Of a stretch of DNA of 31,827 nucleotides, positions 7,445-16,283 are shown piece after piece; positions within the stretch are counted from its first letter, which is position 1, and each line of letters opens with the position of its first letter. The DNA is taken from contig CANKMW010000015.1 of assembly GCA_947483555.1 (NCBI GenBank), forward strand, positions 90,425 to 122,251, in the 5' to 3' direction. The DNA is from Myxococcales bacterium. GTDB taxonomy: Bacteria > Myxococcota_A > Polyangia > Haliangiales > Haliangiaceae. A program made the position numbers and the translations under genes. Below the pieces are notes generated by a model. The model did no database searches. It was not told the DNA's origin and saw only the letters and a program-made list of their open reading frames with translations.

Positions 7445-9796
7445 ATGGACGGGACCATGCGCGTTCCTGCCCTCATGCTCCTGCTGTTCGCGGTCGCCAC
7501 CCTCGGCGCGTGTGACGACTGCGGCTCGTCGCCCGACGCCAGCCTGGACGCGACCGGGCCCTCCGGCACCGTGGTCGGCCGCGTGATCTCGCCCCACGTC
7601 GGTGGTCTCGATGTCGTCCCGCGGGCGGTCGTGATCCATCCGTCGGGCGTCCGCGTGGTCGCCGGTGACGACGGCAGCTTCGTGCTTGCCGGCGTCCCGG
7701 TCGGGCCGGCGACCCTGCGCATCGAGGGGCCGCGCGCCGCCGAACCCGATCATCCGCTGAGCTACGCGCCCGGCTTCGCCACCGTCGAGGTCGTGGTCGA
7801 CACCGAGGTGGCGATCGAACCCGCGCTGCTGCTCGGCTGCGAACGGAGCTTCGATCCATCGGTCGCCAACGTCCTGCCGCTCCGCGGTTGCGGCGCCGAC
7901 CGCGGCTCGCTCGAGCTGCCGGCGGGCGCGATCGCCGACGACGCTGGCGTGTTCACCGGCCGGGTCAGCGCCGAGATCGCCGTGGTCGACCCCGCCGCGG
8001 CCGGGATGCAGGTCCTCGCGCTGTCACCGCCGCCGACCGCCGAGCCGGTCGAGCTCGCGGCGGGCGTGTCGGTGCGCCTGCGCGACGCCGCGACCGGCGC
8101 GCCGCTGCATCTGGCGCCCGATCGGGTCGCGCGCCTGCGCCTCCCGATCACCACCGCCGCGGCCACGATATCGCTCGCCTGGCGTGACGACGACGGGGCC
8201 ATCACGGCCCGGCCCGAGCTGGCCGCGACCACGAGCCAGGACGCCAGCGGCACCTACGCCGTGCTCGACGTCGCGCACTTCTCGTCTTACATCCTGTACT
8301 GGGCGGCCGGCTGGCGCACGACGGCCGAGCTGCGGGTGCGGGGCTGGATCGGCAGCGCCAACAGCTGCTCGGCCGGCTGCATCATCAGCTCGACGTCGGG
8401 CCAGGACGTCAACCCGACCTGCGCCGGCACGGTGTGCGTCAACGACTCGACCTCGGTCGACGTGCGGTGGGGCACCGGCCAGGTCCACGGCACTGCTGGC
8501 ACGCCCATCCGGGTCCCGTCCGACACCCAGGTGAGAGTGCGCCTCCGCCACACCAACGCGCTGGCCCGCACGGTGGGCGGCACGCCGATCTACGATTCCG
8601 GGTGGTTCGGGCTGTGGACGCCGCCGGCCGGCCAGCGCGCCGAGGTCGGACCGATCGCGGTGCCGGCGGTGCCCGAGGGATGCGCCATGCTGACGCTGTC
8701 CGCCGGTGCGTGCAGCGGCCCGTTGCGCGTGTACCGCGGCGGCGAGCTGATCCAGGCCTCGTACGGCGACTTCTGCGCCGCCGCCGGCGCTTGCGTCATG
8801 TTGCCGGCAAGCGGCGACCAGGGCCTGTTCGTCGAGACGCCCGGCGGGCGCCGGGTCACGCTCGACGGCAACCCGGCGTTCGGCCAGTCCTGCGGCGGCG
8901 GCAGCTGCACCACGCTCGGCGCCAGCCCGCCCACCCCACCCCTGATCGGCGCGTCCATCGCGGTGACTCACCGCCACAACATCGCGCTGACCACGGCCAC
9001 GCCGGCCACCGGCGATCCCGGCGTCGAGTTCGTCGTCGACCTCGATGGCGCGACCAGCACCGGTCCGATCGACACCTTCGCGTGGACCGTGTTCGCCATC
9101 GAGAGCGGCGCCGAGCTGCCGATCTGGAACGCAGCCGGCGCCGCCACCGGCACGACGGTCGGCCTCGACGCCGGCACCTACCGGGTCCGGCTGCGCGGCT
9201 ATGGCGGGCGCGGTCAATGGGACGAGACCACCACGACCGTCAGTCTTGGCGGATCGCCCACCGATCCGGTGGCATCGTTCACGGTGAATCCGGCGGCGCC
9301 GGCCGCCGGCTCGTCCTTCGAGCTGAACGCGTCGGCCTCGACCGCCGCCAGCTCGATCGTCAGCTACGCCTGGGACCTCGACGGAAACGGCACGTTCGAG
9401 AGCACGCAGGGTCACCCCATCACCCACTACTACTTCGCGACCCCCGGCCCGCGCGCGATCTCGCTGCGCGTCACCGACGATCAGCAGCGCACCAGCCAGA
9501 CCACCCGCACGGTCACCGTCACCGGCGACACGAACTCGGTCACGATCACCGTGAATCGCGCCGGCAACACCGTGGGCGCCTACGTGATCAGCGTCCCCGC
9601 CGGCATCGCATGCTCCGAGGGCACCGGCGCGGTGTGCACGGCCACCTTCCCGCGTGGCACCAGCATGCACCTCGACGCCTACGTCAGCGGCACCCCGGCG
9701 CAGAGCGCGTGGGGCGAGGTACCAGGCGCCGACGGGTACCAGCTCTTCCTCGGCAACGTCCAGGCCGATCGTTCGGTGACTGCGACCTTTCCGTGA
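7445..9796 (+). CDS. large surface lipoprotein with carboxypeptidase-regulatory-like beta-sandwich, PKD domain and C-terminal InlB-B-repeat-like domain (783 aa)
   Basis: Lipoprotein signal MRVPALMLLLFAVATLGAC. A CarboxypepD_reg-like segment (GTVVGRVISP...VVAGDDGSFVLAGVPVGPATLRIEG). A clear PKD signature (SYAWDLDGNGTFESTQGHPITHYYFATPGPRAISLRVTDDQQRTSQTTRTVTV). A C-terminal Cys-containing repeat resembling bacterial InlB-B-like repeats (ISVPAGIACSEGTGAVCTATFPRGTSMHLDAYVSGT). Confidence 0.8.
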   Translation: MDGTMRVPALMLLLFAVATLGACDDCGSSPDASLDATGPSGTVVGRVISPHVGGLDVVPRAVVIHPSGVRVVAGDDGSFVLAGVPVGPATLRIEGPRAAEPDHPLSYAPGFATVEVVVDTEVAIEPALLLGCERSFDPSVANVLPLRGCGADRGSLELPAGAIADDAGVFTGRVSAEIAVVDPAAAGMQVLALSPPPTAEPVELAAGVSVRLRDAATGAPLHLAPDRVARLRLPITTAAATISLAWRDDDGAITARPELAATTSQDASGTYAVLDVAHFSSYILYWAAGWRTTAELRVRGWIGSANSCSAGCIISSTSGQDVNPTCAGTVCVNDSTSVDVRWGTGQVHGTAGTPIRVPSDTQVRVRLRHTNALARTVGGTPIYDSGWFGLWTPPAGQRAEVGPIAVPAVPEGCAMLTLSAGACSGPLRVYRGGELIQASYGDFCAAAGACVMLPASGDQGLFVETPGGRRVTLDGNPAFGQSCGGGSCTTLGASPPTPPLIGASIAVTHRHNIALTTATPATGDPGVEFVVDLDGATSTGPIDTFAWTVFAIESGAELPIWNAAGAATGTTVGLDAGTYRVRLRGYGGRGQWDETTTTVSLGGSPTDPVASFTVNPAAPAAGSSFELNASASTAASSIVSYAWDLDGNGTFESTQGHPITHYYFATPGPRAISLRVTDDQQRTSQTTRTVTVTGDTNSVTITVNRAGNTVGAYVISVPAGIACSEGTGAVCTATFPRGTSMHLDAYVSGTPAQSAWGEVPGADGYQLFLGNVQADRSVTATFP

Positions 9797-10038
9797 TGCC
9801 CCGTCACGGCCTCCGGTCGACGACGACGCATAGCGGGTGAGCGCGGGCTGGTCGGCGACCCGCGTGTGGGAGAGCTCGGGTAGCGGTGGGATGTGCTCGC
9901 GGGTACGCACGATGTCCGCCGGGGTAGCGACGCTTGCGAACGGTGACATCGGGACGCCACACTGATGAGATGACGTCGCGTACCAGAACCGCGCCCGATC
10001 GACGCAGTGGGAGGCCGACCGAGCGGGTGGTCTGGACC

Positions 10039-10338
10039 ATGCTCTCCGCCGAGGACGTGTGTGTCGGCGACGTCCTGGTGTGGGGCACCGTGCTGGCCAT
10101 GGCCTGGGGTGGCCCGCTCGGCATCGAGGCGTGGCGGATCGTGATCCAGGACCATCACCGGCCGCTGTGGCTGGCACCAGGTGAACCGGTCCACTGCCGC
10201 CAGCGCGCGACCGCGTCGACGCCGAACCCGCTCGCCGGCGTCGTGGGCAGTGGGAGTCCCGTCGGCGATCGCGCCACCAACCTACGCCAGCTCGTTCGCC
10301 GCGTCGCCGCCGAGTCGGCACGACGCCAGCGTCGCTGA
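10039..10338 (+). CDS. possible small hydrophobic protein (99 aa) inside the 558-bp gap upstream of mqo
   Basis: ATG with GGTGG 10 nt upstream. GC3 is about 85-89% over the first 55 codons. Hydrophobic stretch VCVGDVLVWGTVLAMAWGGPLGIEAWRIVI. No homology recognised. Confidence 0.3.
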   Translation: MLSAEDVCVGDVLVWGTVLAMAWGGPLGIEAWRIVIQDHHRPLWLAPGEPVHCRQRATASTPNPLAGVVGSGSPVGDRATNLRQLVRRVAAESARRQRR

Positions 10339-10354
10339 CCGATACAATCGCCCA

Positions 10355-11764
10355 ATGGCCGTGGACGGCGAGTGCGACGTCGCGCTGATCGGCGCCGGGA
10401 TCATGAGCGCGACCCTGGGGACGCTCCTGGGCAAGCTCGAGCCGACGCTGCAGGTCGAAGCCTTCGAGCGCCTCGATCGGGCCGCCGCCGAGAGCTCGGA
10501 TGCCTGGAACAACGCCGGCACCGGGCACGCGGGGTACTGCGAGCTCAACTACACGCCGCCCGCCGCCGATGGCAGCGTCGACTGCACCAAGGCGGTGCGG
10601 ATCGCGGAGCAGTTCGCCACCAGCCTCGAGCTGTGGCGCGCGCTGGTCGCCGGCGGCGAGCTACCGGACGCCGCCTCGTTCCTGCGCCAGGTTCCGCACC
10701 TGAGCTTCGTCGCGGGTGAGGGCGACGTCGCGTTCCTGCGCGCGCGGGCGCGCCAGCTGGTGTCGTGGCCGCGGTTCGGCGATCTGGAATACAGCGAGGA
10801 CCCGGAGCAGATCGCGGCCTGGATCCCGCTGGTGATGGACGGGCGCGACCGCGGCCCCCCGGTCGCCGTCACCCGCATGACCCGCGGCACCGACGTCAAC
10901 TTCGGCGCGCTCACGCGCGGCATGTTCGCCGCGCTCGCCACCCGGCCGGGCTTCGCGCTGCACCTCGACCACGAGGTCGTCGACCTGCGCCGCGATGGCG
11001 GCGGCTGGCGCGTCGACGTGCGCGACCTCGCCAGCGGCGACCAGCGCACCGTGCGGGCGCGCTTCGTGTTCATCGGCGCCGGCGGCTACTCATTGTCGCT
11101 GCTCGAGCGCACCGGGATCCCCGAGGCCCGAGGCTACGGCGCGTTCCCGGTCAGCGGTCAGTGGCTCCGCTGCACGAACCCGGAGGTCATTGCGCGTCAC
11201 CACGCCAAGGTCTACGGCAAGGCCGCGGTCGGCGCGCCGCCCATGTCGGTGCCCCACCTCGACACCCGCTGGATCGGCGGCCGGCAGGAGCTGCTGTTCG
11301 GGCCCTACGCCGGGTTCACCACCAGGTTCTTGAAGCGGGGCTCGGCGCTCGACCTGTTGGGATCGATCGGCATCCACAACCTGCGCGCGCTCCTGAGCGC
11401 CGGGCTCGAGAACCTCGACCTGACTCGCTACCTCGTGGGTCAGGCCATGCTCTCCACCGAGGAACGCGTCGCGCTCCTGCGCCGCTACTGCCCGCGAGCG
11501 AACGACGACGACTGGGACGTTCAGGTCGCTGGTCTGCGCGTGCAGATCATCAAGAGCGATGGTCATGGCGGCGGCGACCTCAGGTTCGGCACCGAGGTCG
11601 TGACCAGCGCCGACGGCACCGTCGCCGCGCTGCTGGGCGCATCCCCGGGTGCATCGACCGCGGTCTCGATCATGCTCGAGGTGCTGGCCCGCTGCTTCCC
11701 CGCGCAGTGGGCCTCGCCGATCTGGCGAGCTCGCCTCGTCGAGCTACTGCCGTCGCTCGGCTGA
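10355..11764 (+). CDS. mqo: malate:quinone oxidoreductase (FAD-dependent), 469 aa
   Basis: N-terminus MAVDGECDVALIGAGIMSATLGTLLGKLEP...ESSDAWNNAGTGHAGYCELNYTP is the diagnostic Mqo FAD-binding and signature region. The 58 codons upstream in the track ORF are Arg/Ser-rich junk. Confidence 0.85.
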   Translation: MAVDGECDVALIGAGIMSATLGTLLGKLEPTLQVEAFERLDRAAAESSDAWNNAGTGHAGYCELNYTPPAADGSVDCTKAVRIAEQFATSLELWRALVAGGELPDAASFLRQVPHLSFVAGEGDVAFLRARARQLVSWPRFGDLEYSEDPEQIAAWIPLVMDGRDRGPPVAVTRMTRGTDVNFGALTRGMFAALATRPGFALHLDHEVVDLRRDGGGWRVDVRDLASGDQRTVRARFVFIGAGGYSLSLLERTGIPEARGYGAFPVSGQWLRCTNPEVIARHHAKVYGKAAVGAPPMSVPHLDTRWIGGRQELLFGPYAGFTTRFLKRGSALDLLGSIGIHNLRALLSAGLENLDLTRYLVGQAMLSTEERVALLRRYCPRANDDDWDVQVAGLRVQIIKSDGHGGGDLRFGTEVVTSADGTVAALLGASPGASTAVSIMLEVLARCFPAQWASPIWRARLVELLPSLG

Positions 11765-11776
11765 CACGCGATCGGG

Positions 11777-12529
11777 TCAGCCGCGCAGCAGGTCGACGCT
11801 CAGCTTGGCGACCAGCGCCAGCGCCACGGCGACGGCGGCGACGCGGACGATGGTCCCGCCGCGGGTGAGCACGATGTGGGCGCCGACCAGACCGCCGATG
11901 AACTGACCGGCGGCCATCGGCAACGACACCGACCACATCACCATGCCGCTGGCGGCGAAGGCGATCACGGCGGCCAGGTTGGACGCGAAGTTGACGACCT
12001 TGGCGTTGGCGCTGGCCGCGGCCGGCGCCTCGGCGAGCAGCCACATGAAGCCGACGATGAGCAGGGTACCGGTGCCGGGCCCGAAGAAGCCGTCGTAGAA
12101 GCCGATCGCCAGCGCCAGCGCGACGGCGATCGCGAGCGGGCGTCGTGGCGGCGCCGCGCCGGTGCGCCGCGGCACCATGACCAGCACCGCCGCCGCCACC
12201 AGCAAGCCGATCACCAGCGGCTCGAGCGCCCGGGCATCGACGTACGAGACGATCACCGCGCCCGCGGCCGAACCGGCGAAGCCAGCCGCGAAGCTGGCGG
12301 CGCTGCGCCGTGGCGCGAGCTGGCCGGCGCGGGCGAAGCGCAGTAGCGCCGCGCCCGAGCCGAAGACCGACTGGCCCTTGTTGGTGCCCAGCGCCACGTG
12401 CGGCGGCAGGCCGGCATGCAAGAGCGCCGGCAGCGTGAGCAGGCCGCCGCCGCCGGCGATGGCGTCGATCACGCCGGCGACCAGCGCCACGCCGCTGAGG
12501 GCGATCGTGGCGCCGAGGCTGACGTCCAT
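11777..12529 (-). CDS. TSUP family (TauE/SafE, DUF81) membrane permease, 250 aa
   Basis: Multiple TM helices. N-terminus MDVSLGATIALSGVALVAGVIDAIAGGGGLLTLPALL and the internal GxGGG repeat are typical of the TSUP family. It is convergent with mqo, with a 12-bp gap. Confidence 0.8.
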   Translation of the reverse strand: MDVSLGATIALSGVALVAGVIDAIAGGGGLLTLPALLHAGLPPHVALGTNKGQSVFGSGAALLRFARAGQLAPRRSAASFAAGFAGSAAGAVIVSYVDARALEPLVIGLLVAAAVLVMVPRRTGAAPPRRPLAIAVALALAIGFYDGFFGPGTGTLLIVGFMWLLAEAPAAASANAKVVNFASNLAAVIAFAASGMVMWSVSLPMAAGQFIGGLVGAHIVLTRGGTIVRVAAVAVALALVAKLSVDLLRG

Positions 12530-12567
12530 CGATCGGATGGTACGTCAGCACCCGGCACGAGTGGAGC

Positions 12568-13851
12568 TCAGCGCCGGCGGCGGCGCGCGAGCCAGATGGC
12601 GGCGAACGCCATGACGACCGCGATCAGCTTCCACGGCAGCGACGACGACGACGACGGTGCCGTCGAGCCGACCTGCGCCCCGCCAAGATCACCCTTGCCG
12701 AGCTCGATCGCGTAGGCGGCAGCGAGGCGCGCGAACTTGACCGCATGCGCGGCGTTGTTGCCGCTCAGCTCGAGGGTGTCGTCGCGGGTGTGGATCTTGG
12801 TGTTGCGCTGGCTCATCCGCGACTCGAACGGCATCGACGCCGGGACCCCGATCCGATTCCACGACGCGTGATCCGAGCACGCGTATCCGCACGCATCCCA
12901 GCCCCAGGTCGCGCCGACGTAGCCGTCGATGAGCCGGATCAGGAACCGGTTCTGGGCCGCGCTGGTGAAGTCCTTCATCAACCAGATGTCCCGATCGGAG
13001 CCCTGATAGTTGGTCATGTCGAGCTGCAGCGCGCCGACGACCTTGACCTTGCGTTTCTGGTAGTCGCGCGCGATCGACAGCGAGCCGCGCAGGCCGACCT
13101 CCTCGGCCGCGTACGCCATCAGCTTGATGGTGCGCGCCGGCCGGACGTCATGGGCGAGCAGGACGCGGGCGACCTCGGTCAAGGTCGCGATGCCCGAGGC
13201 GTCGTCGTCGGCGCCGGGGGCGTTGGCCGCCTTGCCGCCGACGGCGATCGAGTCGAGGTGGCCGCCGATCACGATCACCTCGTCGGCGCGGCTGGTGCCC
13301 GGGATGGTCAGGATCACCGACTTCTGCGCATAGCCGTGATCGACCAGCTCGATCGTGACGTCGGGTCGGATCGTGAAGCTGCGCCACCGATCGCGCAGCC
13401 AGATCGACGCCGCGGCGCCGGTCGCCGAACGGTAGTAGCGGTTCTTCATCGCCGACAGCTCGCTGATGGTGCCCAGGATCGCGGCACCATCGATGGTCGG
13501 CAGCACGGTCCGGACCATGGCCGCGCGATCGAGCGTGTAGTCGACCTCGCCGCCGTCGGCCGGTCGCTGCAACGAGGCGCGAGCGTCGGCCAGCGAGTCG
13601 TGCACCATGTAGCCGCCGCAGCGGGCGTGCTGTTCGTGCATCGCGTGCGATAGCGCCTCGAGTTCGGCCTCGTCGTAGGCGAGCACCGCGACCACGCCAT
13701 CGGTCTCGACCATCTGGATGCGAGCGCCGTGCAACGACGCCACGCCATGGGCGGTCCCGATCGCGTCGGCGCCGATCGAGATGTAGACCTCGCGTGGCGC
13801 GGGCGACGAGCATCCGGCGAGCAGAACAGCGATCAGGACCGGACGACGCAT
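12568..13851 (-). CDS. M28 family zinc aminopeptidase lipoprotein with unusual C-terminal Ser-rich/TM/poly-Arg tail (427 aa)
   Basis: Lipoprotein signal MRRPVLIAVLLAGC at ATG 13851. M28 metal-binding core (GGHLDSIAVGG, GADDDASG, AEEVGLRGS). The C-terminus is GSTAPSSSSSLPWKLIAVVMAFAAIWLARRRRR. Confidence 0.85.
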   Translation of the reverse strand: MRRPVLIAVLLAGCSSPAPREVYISIGADAIGTAHGVASLHGARIQMVETDGVVAVLAYDEAELEALSHAMHEQHARCGGYMVHDSLADARASLQRPADGGEVDYTLDRAAMVRTVLPTIDGAAILGTISELSAMKNRYYRSATGAAASIWLRDRWRSFTIRPDVTIELVDHGYAQKSVILTIPGTSRADEVIVIGGHLDSIAVGGKAANAPGADDDASGIATLTEVARVLLAHDVRPARTIKLMAYAAEEVGLRGSLSIARDYQKRKVKVVGALQLDMTNYQGSDRDIWLMKDFTSAAQNRFLIRLIDGYVGATWGWDACGYACSDHASWNRIGVPASMPFESRMSQRNTKIHTRDDTLELSGNNAAHAVKFARLAAAYAIELGKGDLGGAQVGSTAPSSSSSLPWKLIAVVMAFAAIWLARRRRR

Positions 13852-13881
13852 ATCCACGAGTCTACTGCTACGTTCGCCCCG

Positions 13882-15357
13882 ATGCCCGCCTCCGCCGAGC
13901 TCGGCCCGGTTCCCGACGCCATCGCGCGCGCCTACGATCCGTCCCGCTTCCGTGCCGACGGCCATCGCCTGATCGACCAGCTCGCCGATCATCTCGCGGC
14001 GTGTACGTCCGCCACCGATGACGGCCTGCCGGTCATCCCGTGGCTCGCGCCCGCCGACATGCTGCCGCGCTGGCCCGCCGACTTCGCCGACCAGCCCGCC
14101 GACGATCTGGTCGACACCCTCACTGCTACCGCTGCCGGCTCGATCCGGCTCCACCACCCGCGTTACCTCGGCCACCAGGTGCCGCCGCCGGTGCCCGGGG
14201 CCGCGCTCGCCGACGCCGCCGCCGCGCTGCTCAACAACGGCATGGCGGTCTACGAGATGGGCGCGGTGGCGACCGGCCAGGAGCTCGCGGTGGTGGCGTG
14301 GATGGCGCGCGTGCTCGGCATGCCGGACACCGCCGGCGGGCTGCTCACCTCGGGCGGATCGGTCGGCAACCTCACCGCGCTGCTCGCGGCCCGTCAGGCC
14401 GCGGCGGGCTTCGACGCCTGGACCGACGGTGCGGACGCCGGACCGCCGCTCGCCGTGCTGGTCGCCGCCACCGCCCACTACTCGATCGCCCGCGCGGTGC
14501 GCGTGCTGGGCTGGGGCGCCGGCGGTGCGGTCGAGGTCGCGGTCGACGAGCGTTACCGCATGCGCGCCGACGATCTGACCCGCGCTCACGCGGCGGCGGT
14601 CGCTGCGGGTCGGCGGCCGATCGCCGTGGTCGCGTCGGCGGGTTCAACCGCGACCGGAGCCTACGATCCGCTGCCGGCGATCGCCGACTTCTGCGCCGCC
14701 CACGGTCTGTGGCTGCACGTCGATGGTGCCCACGGCGCCAGCGCCGCGCTGTCAGCGCAGCATCGCCACCTGGTCGACGGGATCGAGCGCGCCGATTCGG
14801 TGGTCTGGGATGCCCACAAGCTGCTGGCCATGCCGGCCTTGTGCACCGCGGTGCTCTACAAGGACGTGACCCGCAGCTACCAGGCGTTCGCGCAGGAGGC
14901 GTCGTACCTGTTCGCCGCCGAACGCGAATGGTGGAACCTGGGGCTGCGGACCGTCGAGTGCACCAAGCGCATGATGGGCACCATCCTCTACGCCAGCCTG
15001 CGCGCCTACGGAGTCGGCTTCTTCCGCGCCTATGTCGAGCGGGTGTTCGCGCTCGGCCAGGCCTTCGCGGCGCGGGTCGCCGCGGCCCCTGACTTCGAGC
15101 TGGCGGCATCGCCGGACGCCAACATCGTCGTGTTTCGGTACCGTCCGGAGCCCGAGCTGGGCGGGGCGGCGCTCGACGAGCTGCAGGCGGTGATTCGCCG
15201 CCGCTGTCTCGAGGACGGTCGCTGGTACTTCCTGTCGACGCGGCTGGGCGGCGCGCTGTGGCTGCGCACCGCGCTGATGAATCCGCTCACCGGCGTCCGC
15301 GAGCTCGACGGTGTGCTCGACGCCATCCGCAGCGCCGCCGCCGCGGTGCAGCGATGA
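13882..15357 (+). CDS. PLP-dependent group II decarboxylase (diaminobutyrate/aspartate/aromatic amino-acid decarboxylase family), 491 aa
   Basis: N-terminus MPASAELGPVPDAIARAYDPSRF...LIDQLADHLAA. Gly-rich PLP region TSGGSVGNLTALLAAR. Catalytic lysine context SVVWDAHKLLAMP. The start is only 30 bp from the divergent M28 start. Confidence 0.85.
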   Translation: MPASAELGPVPDAIARAYDPSRFRADGHRLIDQLADHLAACTSATDDGLPVIPWLAPADMLPRWPADFADQPADDLVDTLTATAAGSIRLHHPRYLGHQVPPPVPGAALADAAAALLNNGMAVYEMGAVATGQELAVVAWMARVLGMPDTAGGLLTSGGSVGNLTALLAARQAAAGFDAWTDGADAGPPLAVLVAATAHYSIARAVRVLGWGAGGAVEVAVDERYRMRADDLTRAHAAAVAAGRRPIAVVASAGSTATGAYDPLPAIADFCAAHGLWLHVDGAHGASAALSAQHRHLVDGIERADSVVWDAHKLLAMPALCTAVLYKDVTRSYQAFAQEASYLFAAEREWWNLGLRTVECTKRMMGTILYASLRAYGVGFFRAYVERVFALGQAFAARVAAAPDFELAASPDANIVVFRYRPEPELGGAALDELQAVIRRRCLEDGRWYFLSTRLGGALWLRTALMNPLTGVRELDGVLDAIRSAAAAVQR

Positions 15358-16244
15358 CGTTGCCGTGGGCGCCCGCCGACCTCGGCGTCGACATCGCGCC
15401 GCTGCGAACGCCGGGCGACGACCATCGCTACACGCTCGACATCCCGCGCCACTGGGACTTCCTGTTCCCGTCGGGTGGGGTGGTCACGTCGGCGGCGCTG
15501 CGCGCCGCCGAACACGCCATCGGCGATCCCAGCTATCGGCTGGTGTCGGCGACCGCCATGTTCTGCGAGCCGATCCACGCCGGCGCGGTCGCGATCGACG
15601 TCGAGATCCTGCGCGCCGGCGGCGCCGCCGTGCAGACGCGAACCCACCTGCGCACCCCGGGTCAGGCCGGCGCCCAGGTGATCGCCACGTTCGGGCGCGA
15701 TCGCGCCGGACCCGACATCCGCGGCGCCGCGATGCCCGACGTGCCGCCGCCCGATCGCTGTCCCGATCTGCTCGCCGACGATGGCAAGAACCCGCACCTC
15801 AAGGCGCGGTTCTTCGCCAACGTCGACGTTCGCCTGGCTTGCGGCGCCCGCTTCTGGACACCCGACTTCACGGCCGGGCCGGCGCGCTATGCGCGCTGGT
15901 TCCGTTACCGCTGCCCGCAGCGCGACACCGCTGGCCGCTTCGATCGGCTCGCCCTCGCGCCGATCGCCGACACCATGCCAGCTGCGCTGACCCACGCCGT
16001 CGGTCCCGGGCCATACCGCTTCCACGCGCCGAGCCTCGATCTCACCGTCCACGTCGTCGACGATACCGAGCGCGAGTGGGTGCTGGTCTCGGCGTATGCG
16101 AGGCGGGCGCGCGCCGGCTGGGCGATCGGGGAGGCCGAGCTGTGGGATGACACCGGCCGCCTGCTCGCCTTCGCGTCGCAGGCCATGTACATCCGCTCGA
16201 TCAGCGGTGACCCGCCTGTGAGGGACGCCACCGAAATGACGTGA
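15354..16244 (+). CDS. acyl-CoA thioesterase II-like double hot-dog protein (TesB-like), 296 aa
   Basis: ATG 15354 overlaps the decarboxylase stop as ATGA. Two hot-dog-like halves (RLVSATAMFCEPIHAG... and ...LDLTVHVVDDTEREWVLVSAYARRARAGWAIGEAELWDDTGRLLAFASQAMYIR). Confidence 0.65.
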   Translation: MTLPWAPADLGVDIAPLRTPGDDHRYTLDIPRHWDFLFPSGGVVTSAALRAAEHAIGDPSYRLVSATAMFCEPIHAGAVAIDVEILRAGGAAVQTRTHLRTPGQAGAQVIATFGRDRAGPDIRGAAMPDVPPPDRCPDLLADDGKNPHLKARFFANVDVRLACGARFWTPDFTAGPARYARWFRYRCPQRDTAGRFDRLALAPIADTMPAALTHAVGPGPYRFHAPSLDLTVHVVDDTEREWVLVSAYARRARAGWAIGEAELWDDTGRLLAFASQAMYIRSISGDPPVRDATEMT

Positions 16245-16283
16245 TGAGGTGGCGAGGTCGGAACGAGGCTACAATGGAGACGA

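Noticed and set aside
10181-10354. 58-codon N-terminal extension of mqo in the track ORF (MNRSTAASARPRRRR...)
   Set aside because: Arg/Ser-rich junk with poor codon bias. The conserved Mqo N-terminus (DVALIGAGIMSATLG) starts right after ATG 10355.
8024-10528. 834-aa minus-strand ORF
   Set aside because: It is antisense to the PKD lipoprotein gene and runs across an intergenic region. The translation is Arg/Gly/Ala low-complexity. The plus-strand gene has recognisable PKD and lipoprotein features.
11670-12551. 293-aa minus ORF overlapping the TSUP gene in another frame
   Set aside because: Arg-rich nonsense translation. The 250-aa frame has the TSUP/DUF81 membrane-helix pattern.
13729-13881. 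51-codon upstream extension of the decarboxylase ORF, and 246-codon extension of the M28 ORF (13852..14589)
   Set aside because: The extensions overlap each other on opposite strands and have low-complexity Arg/Gly translations. Bona fide signal peptide and N-terminal motifs define the starts at 13882 and 13851.
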